From Deltaproteobacteria bacterium (GTDB lineage Bacteria > Desulfobacterota > Binatia > UBA12015): a DNA stretch of 35,607 nucleotides. Within the stretch, counting starts at the first letter, position 1. Each line of letters begins with the position of its first letter. The notes below the pieces were generated by a model. It was not told the DNA's origin, did no database searches, and saw nothing but the letters and a program-made list of their open reading frames with translations. Location of the stretch: NCBI GenBank assembly GCA_009885395.1, contig VFKT01000347.1:1-35607 (forward strand), written 5' to 3'. A program made the translations under genes and the position numbers. Below, piece by piece: positions 8,056 to 17,800 of this stretch.

Positions 8056-9055
8056 CGCCGCGAATCCGGCGGCTGCCGGCGCCGAGGCCCAGGCCTTCGA
8101 GGCGCAAGCTCTCGACGGGGTGCTCAGCTTTGAAGGGCCGCATGATCCTTTTCTGCCCTTGGCGCTGGCCGCGGCGGCGACGCAGCGGATCGAGCTGACA
8201 ACCGCGGTGGCGATCGCCTTCGCCCGCAACCCCATGCTTTGCGCCTACCTGGCGAACGATTTGCAACTTGTCTCGCGTGGCCGTTTTCGGCTCGGACTTG
8301 GTTCACAGATCCGGCCCCATATCGAAAAGCGTTTTGGACAGGCGTGGTCGCGACCCAACGCCCGCATGCGTGAATTCGTTCTTGCGATGCGGGCCATCTT
8401 TCGGACCTGGAACGAGGCTGCGCCGCTGCGTTTCGAGGGCGAGATGTATCGCCACACGCTGATGCCGCCCTTTTTCAATCCGGGACCGAACCCCTTTGGC
8501 GTGCCGCCGATCCTGCTCGCCGGTTTCGGCCCCGCCATGGTGCGGGTTGCGGGGGAAGTCGCCGACGGCTGGATCGTGCATCCCTTGCATACCCGCGCCT
8601 ATGTCGAGGAGATCGCGCGTCCCGCCTTGGCCGAAGGCGCGGCGCGGGCCGGACGAAGCGTTGACACGTTGGAGATTTCAGCCCAGACAATCGTCATGCT
8701 CGCGCGCGACGAAGCCGGGCTGGAGCGCGCCAGGCAGGGCGCCCGGATGCAACTCGCGTTTTATGCTTCGACGCCGGCCTACCGCGTTGTTCTTGACCAC
8801 CATGGCTGGGGTGCGCTGCAACCCGAATTGAGCGGCATGGTGCGGCAAGGCCGCTGGGGCGAGATGGCGGCGCTGATTCCCGACGCGATGCTCGCGACTG
8901 TTGGAGTGGCCGGCACGCCAAAGGACGTGGGCCGTGCGCTGCGCGAACGAAACAGATTTGCGACGCGGACCAGCCTGGTGCTCTATGATGAGAGCGGCGA
9001 TCCCGGCGCTCTGGGTGCGCTTCTCGCTTCCTTTCAAATTGACCATGATACCTGA
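8033..9055 (+). CDS. LLM-class (luciferase-like) oxidoreductase, probably F420-dependent TIGR03617-like
   Basis: EGPHDPFLPL, IELTTAVAIAFARNPM, GRFRLGLGSQIRPHIEKRFG, HTLMPPFF, GEVADG, FYASTPAY. Start at MKFDVAL. Confidence 0.9.
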   Translation: MKFDVALSAANPAAAGAEAQAFEAQALDGVLSFEGPHDPFLPLALAAAATQRIELTTAVAIAFARNPMLCAYLANDLQLVSRGRFRLGLGSQIRPHIEKRFGQAWSRPNARMREFVLAMRAIFRTWNEAAPLRFEGEMYRHTLMPPFFNPGPNPFGVPPILLAGFGPAMVRVAGEVADGWIVHPLHTRAYVEEIARPALAEGAARAGRSVDTLEISAQTIVMLARDEAGLERARQGARMQLAFYASTPAYRVVLDHHGWGALQPELSGMVRQGRWGEMAALIPDAMLATVGVAGTPKDVGRALRERNRFATRTSLVLYDESGDPGALGALLASFQIDHDT

Positions 9056-9064
9056 CCATGGTAC
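9040..9064. promoter_or_regulatory. Tandem TGACCATG motif, candidate TA operator
   Basis: tgaccatgatacc-tgaccatggtac directly upstream of the antitoxin start. Confidence 0.45.
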
Positions 9065-9073
9065 GGTGGGCGG

Positions 9074-9313
9074 GTGCAGACGATGCCTATTTCCAGGTTC
9101 AAGGCGACCTGCCTCGCGACGCTTGAACGCGTCAGAAAGACCGGCATTCCCCTGCGGGTGACCCGCTTCGGGCAGCCGGTGGCGGATATCATTCCCCCGG
9201 CACCCGAACCGGCGAGCAGCAGTTGGCTCGGCTCGATGCAGGGCACAGCCACCATCGTTGGCGAAATCACCGGCCTTGGCCTGGCGGTCATCGAATCGGA
9301 AGAGGTCGAGTGA
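9074..9313 (+). CDS. Phd/YefM family antitoxin
   Basis: ISRFKATCLATLERVRKTGIPLRVTRFGQPVADIIP; GTGA overlap with the PIN gene. Confidence 0.9.
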   Translation: MQTMPISRFKATCLATLERVRKTGIPLRVTRFGQPVADIIPPAPEPASSSWLGSMQGTATIVGEITGLGLAVIESEEVE

Positions 9314-9705
9314 AACTTCTGCTCGACACGCATATCTGGCTTTGGAGTCATCTCGACCCGGCGAAGCTCGGGCGAAAGCTGGCGCTGGCGCTGGAGGCCA
9401 AAGACACCGAACTCTGGCTCTCGCCGGTCAGTATCTGGGAGTTTCTTCAACTCGTTGAGAAGGGCCGGATCGTCGTCAAGGGCGATGCCGGGACCTGGGT
9501 CGAGACCGCGTGGTCGCGCACCCGGATGAACGAGGCCCGCCTCAATCGCGAAGTTGCCCTCCGCAGCTGCTCGATCCAGGTGCCAACCCAGGATCCGGTC
9601 GATCGTTTCCTGGCAGCGACGGCCGAGGTTTACGAACTGACACTTGTCACCGACGACAAGCAGCTTCTGCGCGGCAAAGGCTACCGGACTCTGTCGAACC
9701 GTTGA
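9310..9705 (+). CDS. vapC: VapC PIN-domain toxin
   Basis: MKLLLDTHIWLW, SPVSIWE, DPVDRFLAATA, LVTDD: acidic PIN residues present. Confidence 0.92.
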   Translation: MKLLLDTHIWLWSHLDPAKLGRKLALALEAKDTELWLSPVSIWEFLQLVEKGRIVVKGDAGTWVETAWSRTRMNEARLNREVALRSCSIQVPTQDPVDRFLAATAEVYELTLVTDDKQLLRGKGYRTLSNR

Positions 9706-9722
9706 GCTTTTGCGTGCCGCAG

Positions 9723-9764
9723 ATTATCGATCGGCGATTGTCGATCGGCGATTGTCGATCGGCG
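9723..9764. repeat. 14-bp tandem repeat x3 (paired heptamers)
   Basis: attatcgatcggcg attgtcgatcggcg attgtcgatcggcg. Confidence 0.9.
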
Positions 9765-9806
9765 GGCGTACGGGGCAACGAGACCGGGCCGACACACCCG
9801 CGTGGC

Positions 9807-10427
9807 TCAACCGAATTCGAAACCGATCAAGGCCTCGAGTTCGCGCAGAGCCTGGTCGGGATCGTCGACTTTGATCGTCGCCATGCCGAGCCCGCGGGCG
9901 GTCTTCAGATTGCGGCCGATATCATCGAGGAAAATGGCCTGTGCAGGCTCGACCTCAAGCCGTGCGCAGACCACGGCGTAGATGCGTGGATCGGGTTTTT
10001 GCAGGCCCTCGGCGACGGATTCGACGAAGACGTCGAAGAGCGCACGCAAAACATCTTCGCGCTTTTCTTCGCTGCTCCAGTTGTTGGTGAGTGCGGCCAC
10101 CCGCAAGCCCTCGGCACGCAGCCGGGCGATCGCTGCCAGCATTTGTGGCCTCGGCCGCGTGATCTCGCCGATCCGCCGCATCATCTCGCCGACCGGGATC
10201 TCGCGGCCGGCGGCGCGGCAATCGTTGGCGAATTCTGGTATAAAGCGCTCCATGGTAAGCAGGCCCCGCTCGAGTCGGGACCAGGCCCCGGCCTCGGCGG
10301 TGTCGGCCACGACCCGGTTCACGAATCCGGGGGGGATCTCGAGTTCGCGCTCGAAGGCGGCGATGGCGTGCAGGGGAGAACCGACGATGACGCCACCGAT
10401 ATCAAAGATGACGGCGCGGTAGTTCAT
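9807..10427 (-). CDS. HAD-superfamily phosphatase (epoxide hydrolase N-terminal / ACAD10-like)
   Basis: VIFDIGGVI, LTNNW, KPDPRIY, FLDDIGRNL. Confidence 0.9.
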   Translation of the reverse strand: MNYRAVIFDIGGVIVGSPLHAIAAFERELEIPPGFVNRVVADTAEAGAWSRLERGLLTMERFIPEFANDCRAAGREIPVGEMMRRIGEITRPRPQMLAAIARLRAEGLRVAALTNNWSSEEKREDVLRALFDVFVESVAEGLQKPDPRIYAVVCARLEVEPAQAIFLDDIGRNLKTARGLGMATIKVDDPDQALRELEALIGFEFG

Positions 10428-10452
10428 GCGGCGACCTGTCGATGCCGGGGCG

Positions 10453-10628
10453 GCACGCCTCGGCCGGGTCGAAGCATTGCGCGGAAAAGAACGAGAGCTG
10501 CCGGATCACCAGCACACGTTGGCGGCAGGTTTGCGCCGGGTCGAGGCGCAGAGGCCGTCAGCGCATAAGGCAGTCGAGCGAAGCGGCTTGCTTGCCACAC
10601 GTTTGCGCCGCGTCGAGGCGCTGAGCGG
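10453..10628. repeat. Three degenerate ~25-30 bp units at exact 72-bp period
   Basis: gcctcggccgggtcgaagca (10457), gtttgcgccgggtcgaggcg (10529), gtttgcgccgcgtcgaggcg (10601); unrelated sequence between units. Confidence 0.7.
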
Positions 10629-10739
10629 GCGCGATCTGCCGGAAGGTTCATCGTCGGGGATTAGCCGCTTTGGCGCTGTGCCGCATCTGGTTGGGTTGCG
10701 ACTGGCGTGGCGCTGCTCGTCGTGGCAGGGCTTTGCTTC

Positions 10740-11300
10740 GTGCATCGCCGTCTTCTGCTCGATTTGCTCGGCCGTTACGAAAGCGGCGTTGCCGATTCTG
10801 CCGCGATCGTCGCGCGCTTCCGCGATTTTGTTTCGGCTTATGTGGATTGTTTCGAGCGCAGTTGTCGCCCCGGCCATATCACGGGTTCGGCCTGGATCGT
10901 CTCGCGCGACGGTCGTTCGGCACTCTTGACCCACCACGCCCGGCTCGACCGCTGGCTGCAGCTTGGCGGGCACGCCGATGGCGACCCCGATCCGTTCCGG
11001 GTGGCGCATCGCGAAGCCCGCGAAGAATCAGGCTTGACCAGCATCGCTCTGCCGGCGTTTGATATGGGTGGGCTGCCGCTCGATCTCGACATCCACAGCA
11101 TTCCGGCGCGAGGCGACGAGCCCGAACACCTGCATTACGATGTCCGCTATCTCTTCGAGGCCGACGCGACCGAGCCCCTGGTGGTGAGTTCCGAGTCGCA
11201 CGATCTTCGCTGGGTCGGGATCGACGATCTACGCAGCTTGAGCGACGAGGAGAGTCTGCTGCGGCTGGCCCGCCGCACGCTTGAGCGATGTCGCGCCTGA
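10740..11300 (+). CDS. NUDIX hydrolase
   Basis: GHITGSAWIV, HHARLDRWLQ, Nudix box GGHADGDPDPFRVAHREAREESGL, HLHYDVRY. Start set at GTG (MHRRLLL). Confidence 0.9.
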   Translation: MHRRLLLDLLGRYESGVADSAAIVARFRDFVSAYVDCFERSCRPGHITGSAWIVSRDGRSALLTHHARLDRWLQLGGHADGDPDPFRVAHREAREESGLTSIALPAFDMGGLPLDLDIHSIPARGDEPEHLHYDVRYLFEADATEPLVVSSESHDLRWVGIDDLRSLSDEESLLRLARRTLERCRA

Positions 11301-11408
11301 ACGCGCGTTCGGAACAGCTCGGCTGGGAGCGGCGCGAGGGGCCAGGCCTGCGAGGCGCTCGCAACTCCGATTGAACGCTGCCGGTGGCCCCGTCGAGCGG
11401 AGCTTTGT

Positions 11409-12566
11409 TCAGGGTTTCTCGCTGCCCACAATCCACATCGAGAAATATTGCGAGCCGCCGCCATAAGCGTGGCCGAGCGCCCGGCGCGCGCCCTCGATCT
11501 GGTGCTCGCCGGCCTGCTTTCGCACCTGCATCGCCGCCTCGGCGAAACGCAGCATCCCGGAAGCACCGATCGGATTCGACGAGAGCACGCCCCCCGACAT
11601 ATTGACCGGCAGATCGCCGTCAAGTGCCGTCGCGCCCTCGAGCGTCATGCGCCAGCCCGCGCCTTCCTCGGCGAAGCCGAGATTCTCCATCCACATCGGC
11701 TCGAACCACGAGAAGGGCACATAGATCTCGGCGCAATCGATTTCGCGGCGGGGGTTGGTGATGCCGGCCTTGGCGTAGAGATCCCGCGCCGCCATCTTGC
11801 CGGCCTCGGGGTTGATGGCGTCACGGCCGGCGAACATCGTCGGCTCGCTGCGCATCGCGGTGGCGTGGATCCAGGCCGGCGGCGTCGGAGCGCGCTGGGC
11901 CAGATCCTCGCGCGCCAAAACCATCGCGCAGGCGCCGTCGGACGAGGGGCAGGCTTCAAGCAAGCGGATCGGATCCCAAAGCATTGGACTTTGTTCGACC
12001 ATTTCGTGCGAGATATCCTTCAGGTGGAGATGGGCATAGGGGTTTTTCAAGGCGTTGAGTCGATCCTTGACCGCGACCCGGATACCGACATCCGCGGGTG
12101 CTCCTGAGCGTCGGATGTAGCCACGCACCAGCGGCGCGAAGAAGCCGCCGGCACCCGCCACGACAGCGACGCCAAAGGGGGCTGAAATGGTCAGACCCCA
12201 CATCGCATTGCTCTCGGATTGTTTCTCGTAGGCTACCGTCAGGACACGATCGTGGATGCCGGCCTGAATCAGGCTGGCGGCGACGATTGCGGTCGAGCCG
12301 CCCACGCTGCCGGCGGTGTGGACGCGCAGCAGCGGCTTGCCCGGCGCGCCGAGCGAGTCGGCAAGATAAAGTTCGGGCAGCATACAGCCTTCGAAGGTGT
12401 CGGGGGCCTTGCCGACCACGACGGCGTCAATATCAGCCCAGCCCAGCCCGGCGTCGAGCAGAGCGCGATCGGCCGCCTCGCGGACGAGCCCCGGCATCGA
12501 GACGTCCACCCGCTTGGCGGCCAGCTTGGTCTGCCCGATCCCGACAATTCCGCAGAGCTCAGCCAT
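11409..12566 (-). CDS. ltp3: SCP2-thiolase-fold protein, Ltp3-like (sterol side-chain aldolase subunit)
   Basis: DVSMPGLVREA, VVGKAPDTFEG, KPLLRVHTAGSVGGST, EKQSESNAMW, MLWDPIR, CPSSDGA, AEIYVPFSW, GHAYGGGSQYF match my recollection of mycobacterial Ltp3 (Rv3523). Confidence 0.85.
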   Translation of the reverse strand: MAELCGIVGIGQTKLAAKRVDVSMPGLVREAADRALLDAGLGWADIDAVVVGKAPDTFEGCMLPELYLADSLGAPGKPLLRVHTAGSVGGSTAIVAASLIQAGIHDRVLTVAYEKQSESNAMWGLTISAPFGVAVVAGAGGFFAPLVRGYIRRSGAPADVGIRVAVKDRLNALKNPYAHLHLKDISHEMVEQSPMLWDPIRLLEACPSSDGACAMVLAREDLAQRAPTPPAWIHATAMRSEPTMFAGRDAINPEAGKMAARDLYAKAGITNPRREIDCAEIYVPFSWFEPMWMENLGFAEEGAGWRMTLEGATALDGDLPVNMSGGVLSSNPIGASGMLRFAEAAMQVRKQAGEHQIEGARRALGHAYGGGSQYFSMWIVGSEKP

Positions 12567-13618
12567 CAGTCTCCCTCCAAAACGCAGACCAGATTCTGTT
12601 GCAGCGCGGGCCCGTGCGCGGCATGGGCGACGCCGCGATCGGCCTCGCCCGAAAGGATCCGTCGCGCCACTTCGCCGATCCGCTGCAGGCCGCACGACAT
12701 CATCACATGCGCACAGAGCGCACCGCCCGAGGGATTGACACTCGCCGTGTCGGGCACACCCAGCGCTTCGCGCAGGATCGCCTCCTCGTGCGAGTAGGGG
12801 GCGTAGATCTCGGCGATATCAATCTTGTCGCGAGCGACGCCCGCTTTCTGCGCGGCCAATTCGGCAGAACGACAGCGAGTCAGATCCCGCACCCCAAGCG
12901 CTGCAGGATCGACGCGATGGTCGATGCCGCGGATCCAGGCCGGCCGCTTCGAGACCGAGCGGGCCAGATCGCCAGCGGCCAGCACGATCGCGCTGGCGCC
13001 ATCGCCATTGGCCGGACAATCGTGGGCGCGCAGAGGTGAGGCGACGTAGGGCCGCGAGAGCAGCTCGTCGACGGTTTCTGTGCCTGAGACGATCGCGTGC
13101 GGGTTGGAGCGCGCCGCCGCCCGGTTGCGGGCCGCGATCTCGGCGAGGGAACGTTCACTCCCCTTGCCCGACTCGATCCAGGCCCGCGCTTGTAGGGCGG
13201 CGATACTGTCGGCATGCGGCCAGAGGGGCGTCACGCAATAGGGGTCGAGCGTCATTGCCAATATATCGCCGAGATTTCCCGCCGCACTTTTGCCGAAGCC
13301 GTAGACCAGAGCGGAGTCGACCTCGCCCGTCTGGATCTTCACCCAGGCCTCGTAGAGCGCCCAGGCGCCGTCCTGCTCGACGTGTGATTCGCGGATCGGC
13401 GGCCAGGCACCAACCGCATCAAGCGCCATGACGAAAGCGAAGGGCTGACCCTGCAAGAAATCGCTCGAACCCGAACAGGTGAATTCAATCCGCGACCGCT
13501 CGAGACCCGAAGCCGCGATCACTTCCCTGACGACCGGCATCAGGATCTCAACCTCGTTGCGCTCGGTTTCCCGGGCAGCGGTAGATTGGGCGAACGAGAG
13601 GACCGCAACGTCGCGCAT
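12566..13618 (-). CDS. ltp4: SCP2-thiolase-fold protein, Ltp4-like
   Basis: MRDVAV, CSGSSDFL, GAWPPIRESHVEQDGAWALYEA, ALVYGFGKS, DPYCVTPLWP, GPALQQNLV match my recollection of Ltp4 (Rv3522); coupled to ltp3. Confidence 0.85.
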   Translation of the reverse strand: MRDVAVLSFAQSTAARETERNEVEILMPVVREVIAASGLERSRIEFTCSGSSDFLQGQPFAFVMALDAVGAWPPIRESHVEQDGAWALYEAWVKIQTGEVDSALVYGFGKSAAGNLGDILAMTLDPYCVTPLWPHADSIAALQARAWIESGKGSERSLAEIAARNRAAARSNPHAIVSGTETVDELLSRPYVASPLRAHDCPANGDGASAIVLAAGDLARSVSKRPAWIRGIDHRVDPAALGVRDLTRCRSAELAAQKAGVARDKIDIAEIYAPYSHEEAILREALGVPDTASVNPSGGALCAHVMMSCGLQRIGEVARRILSGEADRGVAHAAHGPALQQNLVCVLEGD

Positions 13619-14106
13619 CAGGTATGCTCCCCGTAGGTTTCCAGGGCGGCGTCGGGCTCGCCCGAGGGCACGAAACATTCGATGCTGGCGATGGTGGGGC
13701 CGAGCTTTTCGGTCGGGACCCAGCGCGCCTTGACGCGCATGCCCATGCGGACTTCCTCAGGCGCAAGGCCCTGAAGGACATGGAAAAACGGAATACCGGC
13801 GCCGTCGAGAAGGATGCTGGCGCAGGCGTACGGCAATTCGAAATGGATGTTCTCGGAGGGTACGCGCACGATGGAAAAGGTCACCACCGTGCCCGAATCC
13901 TGCACGTCTACTTCGCGCTCGGTCGGAACCGCGCAGCGGGGGCAGGAGCCGCGTGCGGGAACGTAGACCTTCAGGCAGCTCGGGCATTCCTGGCCAAGAA
14001 TGCGGTGCTGCGCGATGCCGCGCAGAAACCGCGAAGTGGCGCGACCCGGCGTGTAATCATATTCGAGCCGGATCGGTGTGACAATGCTCTTGACTGGTTC
14101 CACCAC
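13618..14106 (-). CDS. DUF35 Zn-ribbon/OB-fold protein (C-terminal half of Rv3521-like)
   Basis: CPSC...CPRC zinc ribbon, GTVVTFSIV, PYACASILLDGA, VRMGMRV; GAGG SD inside the end of the upstream gene. Confidence 0.85.
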   Translation of the reverse strand: MVEPVKSIVTPIRLEYDYTPGRATSRFLRGIAQHRILGQECPSCLKVYVPARGSCPRCAVPTEREVDVQDSGTVVTFSIVRVPSENIHFELPYACASILLDGAGIPFFHVLQGLAPEEVRMGMRVKARWVPTEKLGPTIASIECFVPSGEPDAALETYGEHT

Positions 14107-14110
14107 TTGT

Positions 14111-14578
14111 TCAATCCTCTTTTTCGAACCAGCACACGTCGCGGATCGAGCCCTGTGGCACCTCGACCCAGCGCGGTTGCACTCGCAAGCCCGTCCGCAT
14201 GGCGCTCTCGCCACCGGCGTCGACCGCGTGCAGAAACGGTGCGTCGGCGCCGTCAAGCAAAATCAAAGCCCAGGCGAAAGGCCGGTCGAGAGGATGCTTG
14301 GCGGTGGGCTTCCCCACCCATGTCCAGGTCGTCACGATTCCAGCAGGCCCGACTTCGATCAGGCGATCTTCGCCGAGTCGGGCGGCGGTCACGGGGTCGA
14401 ACTCGGCCGGCGGCACGAGCACCCGGCCGTCATCGGCGCGGCTGCCAATGAAGCGTCGTTCGGCGAGTCCGGTGAAGAATTTTTCGAGGATCGGTCCAAG
14501 CGAACGCCTGAAGGGGTACTCAAGAACGTGCGTAGCGTGCAGACTTTGCTCTGTCTCTTCGTTCTCAGCCATCGTCAT
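14111..14578 (-). CDS. DUF35 OB-fold protein lacking Zn ligands (N-terminal half of Rv3521-like)
   Basis: LEYPFRRSLGP, FFTGL, GRVLVPPAEFDPVT, HPLDRPFAWALILLDGAD, MRTGLRV. Confidence 0.85.
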   Translation of the reverse strand: MTMAENEETEQSLHATHVLEYPFRRSLGPILEKFFTGLAERRFIGSRADDGRVLVPPAEFDPVTAARLGEDRLIEVGPAGIVTTWTWVGKPTAKHPLDRPFAWALILLDGADAPFLHAVDAGGESAMRTGLRVQPRWVEVPQGSIRDVCWFEKED

Positions 14579-14733
14579 GCGGCCTCTCTTTGTGCCGAAT
14601 CTTCAGGGTCATTTGGAACCGCCGAGCGGGTCCGATCTTGCGGACTGCTAGCGTCCGCCGCACAGCCTGCGCAAGCACCTGTCGACGCGACGCACCCACT
14701 CTATTGCCTTGTGGCGGAAGCCGCTGCGCCAGC

Positions 14734-14840
14734 CTGGAGTTGGCCGAGAGCCGTCGTGTTCTGAGCAGTAGCGGCCGGCAGGGCCCTCGTGGAGACAGCG
14801 CTGGAGGCCTCTTTCCGAGAGCCGTCCAGTGCAGAGCGGC
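14734..14840. repeat. Degenerate duplication, period 71
   Basis: ccgagagccgtc at 14744 and 14815, each preceded by ctggag and followed by gcag(t)agcggc. Confidence 0.5.
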
Positions 14841-14863
14841 GGCGGAGCAAGAGCCGAGCAGGC

Positions 14864-17800
14864 TCAGCCGCCGGCGGCTCCCTCGGGCGTGGGCGGAAGT
14901 ATGGCGTCTCCACTTGACGAGGCTGCGAGGTTGGAGGATCCGGTGGCCCGACGCTTCGCTCGCAGCCGCCCCCACAATTCACCCAGATCGTCGAGTAGGG
15001 AATAGGCAACAGGCGTGCCGAGAAGGGTGAGGACAAGGCAAAGCGTCTGGCCGCCGATGATGACGTCCGCCATCGAGGCGCGCGAGGCGGCACCGGGGCC
15101 GCGTCCGATTGCGATCGGCACCATGCCCAGCACCAGCATCACGGTTGTCATCAGGATCGGCCGCAAGCGGACCCGGTTGGCGAGCAGGATCGCCTCGTCA
15201 CGCGCCATGCCGGCCGCCCGGAGCTGGTTGGTGTAGTCGATCTGCAGGATTCCATTTTTCTTGACGATACCAAAGAGCATGAAGAGGCCGAGGATGGAGT
15301 AGAGGTTCAGGTTTTCGCCGATGAGCAGCAGCGAGAGCAGGGCAAACGGCACCGAGAGAGGTAGCGAGACCAGGATCGAAATCGGATAGATGAAGCTCTC
15401 GAACTGCGCGGCCAGCACCATGTACATGAAGATTGCACTGAGCAGGAAGGCAAACCCAAAATTACTCGCCATCTGGGCCATCTGCTTGGCGTTATGCGAA
15501 AGGCGGACGCCGTGGTGGGGCGGCAGGCCAGCTTCCTTGACGATTTCCTGTGCCGTTTGCACAGCGTCGCTGAGCGCGACACCTTCGAGATTGGCGGAGA
15601 TCGTCACGCGCCGCTGGCGGTCGAGCCGCCGGATCTGAGCGGGGCCGCGGTCCTCGCTGATCGTGATCACCGAAGAGAGCGGGACCAGCTCGCCGTTGGG
15701 CCGTGCTACTTTCAGGTCGAGAATTGCACGCGGGTCATCGCGGAACGGCAAGGCGGCACGCATCTGTACATCGTATTGGGTGTCGTCCTCTTCGAGGAAG
15801 CCGACCGTCTCGCCGCCGACGAGCGTGCGCAGAGTCGAAGCGATGTCTTCGACGCGAATGCCGAGGTCGGCTGCTCGCTCGCGGTCGATATCGACCTGAA
15901 TCTCCGGCTTGCGCAGCGCGAGCGTGAGATCGACATCGACATAGCCCGGCATGGTGCGGAGGCGATCGGCGAGCGTTTGTCCGAGCCGGGCCAGGGTCGT
16001 CAAGTCGGGGCCGACGATATCGAATTCAAAGTCCGATCGGCGACTACCGCCAAATGGGTTTGATTCTTGTATGCTGGCACGCAAATCGGGGAACTCGGAC
16101 GCGACTTCCCGGGCGAGGATCATCACTTCCCGTTGGCTCAGTTCGCGCTCGTCGAGTGGTGCCAGTTTGACGTAAATGGAGGCTGCTGTGACGTCGCCCT
16201 CGCCGTCACCGAAACCGCCACCGCCCACCTGGACCAGTGCGTTTCGGACGCCGGTCAGTTTCGAGATCCGACCGGCCAGCTCTGCCACATTGGTTTGGGT
16301 CCGGCTGAGCGTGAAACCTTCGGGGGCCTGCAGGCTGACTTCGAATTCACCCTGATCGTCGGTTGGGATGAAGTCCTTGCCAATCGCCATGAAGATCGGG
16401 ATGGTCGAGAGAATCACCACAGCCGACATCGCGACGACGATCCAACGTCGTCGCAGTGAGGCGGCCAGAAGTGCTGCGTACCCGTTTTCGATGGCCGCGT
16501 AGATGCCCTTGTTGCGCGAGAGTTCCTTACCTGGAGCGGGCGGGCGCAAAAAGCGGGAGCAGAGCATCGGCGTCAGGGTGAAGGAGATGATCATGGAAAT
16601 GAAGATCGCCACTGCGACGGTGAGTCCGAATTCGTGCAGGAACCGGCCCGACATACCCGACATGAAGGCAAGCGGGACAAAGATCACGATCAGCGAGAGG
16701 GTGGTCGCCAAGACCGCAAGCCCGATTTCTTTTGTGCCGTCGATTGCCGCCTGGAAAGGGCTCTTGCCCTTTTCTTCGACGTGTCGGTGAATATTTTCGA
16801 GGACGACGACGGCATCGTCGATCACCACTCCGATCGACAGGATCAGGCCGAGCAGCGTGAGGTTGTTGATCGTGAAGTCCATCATCCAAAGGAAGGTGAA
16901 GGTACCGATCAAGGAGGTTGGGATCGCCAGGGCTGCGATCACGGTCGAGCGCCAATCGCGCAGGAAGAAGATCGTTGAGAGGGCAACCAGGATTCCGCCC
17001 AGCAGCAGGTGGAAGCGGGCTTCATCGATCGAGGCCGAGATGAATCTACTTTGATCCTTGACAGTTTCGATACGGATATCGGGGGGCAGCGTGGGGACGA
17101 TCTCCGCCAGTCGCTGACGAACGCGCTGCGCGACCTCGGTGGTATTGGCTCCCGATTGCTTGCGGACGTTGAGGAGGAGTGCCGGCCGGCCGTCGAGCGT
17201 GGCGTGCGAGCGGGCTTCGATCGAACCATCTTCAATCGAAGCGATATCGCTGAGCATCACCGGTCGATCGCCAAGCGTGCCGACGACCAGCGACCCAAAC
17301 TCCGAAACGCTGCGCACCCGACCGAGCGTGCGCAGCACGAGTTCGCGTGATCCCTGATCGACGCGTCCGCCCGGCAGCTCGACATTCTGGGTGCGGAGCG
17401 CTGCCCTGACTTGCGTGATCGACAGGCCATAGGAGTCGAGCCGATCCGAATCGACGACGATCTGAATGGCGCGCTTTTGCGTGCCCACGAGTTCGACCGC
17501 ACCGACGCCACGCACGGTTTGGAGATTCTCCTTGATGCGACGCTCGGCAATTTCGGTAAGTTCGCGCGGATCGCGGTCGCCGGCGACCGCCAGGCCAAGC
17601 ACTGGCACCGCATTGAAATCGAAGCGGGTGACGCGGGGGGCGTCGGCTTCGCGTGGCAGGCGTCCGCTGGCAAACGCCAGCTTGTCGCGTACATCCTGTG
17701 CGGCCTGCGCGCTGTCGCGCTCAAGTTCGAAGGCGACCAGCACGCTCGACAGGCCTTCGGAACTGGAGGAGTGGATATAATCGATGCCTTCGACCTGGGT

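Noticed and set aside
10453-10628. CRISPR array
   Set aside because: Units are too divergent, non-palindromic, only three, no leader or cas genes; same for 31418-31525.
11298-11378. tgaacgc repeated at 74-bp spacing after the NUDIX stop
   Set aside because: Only 7 bp; compatible with chance.
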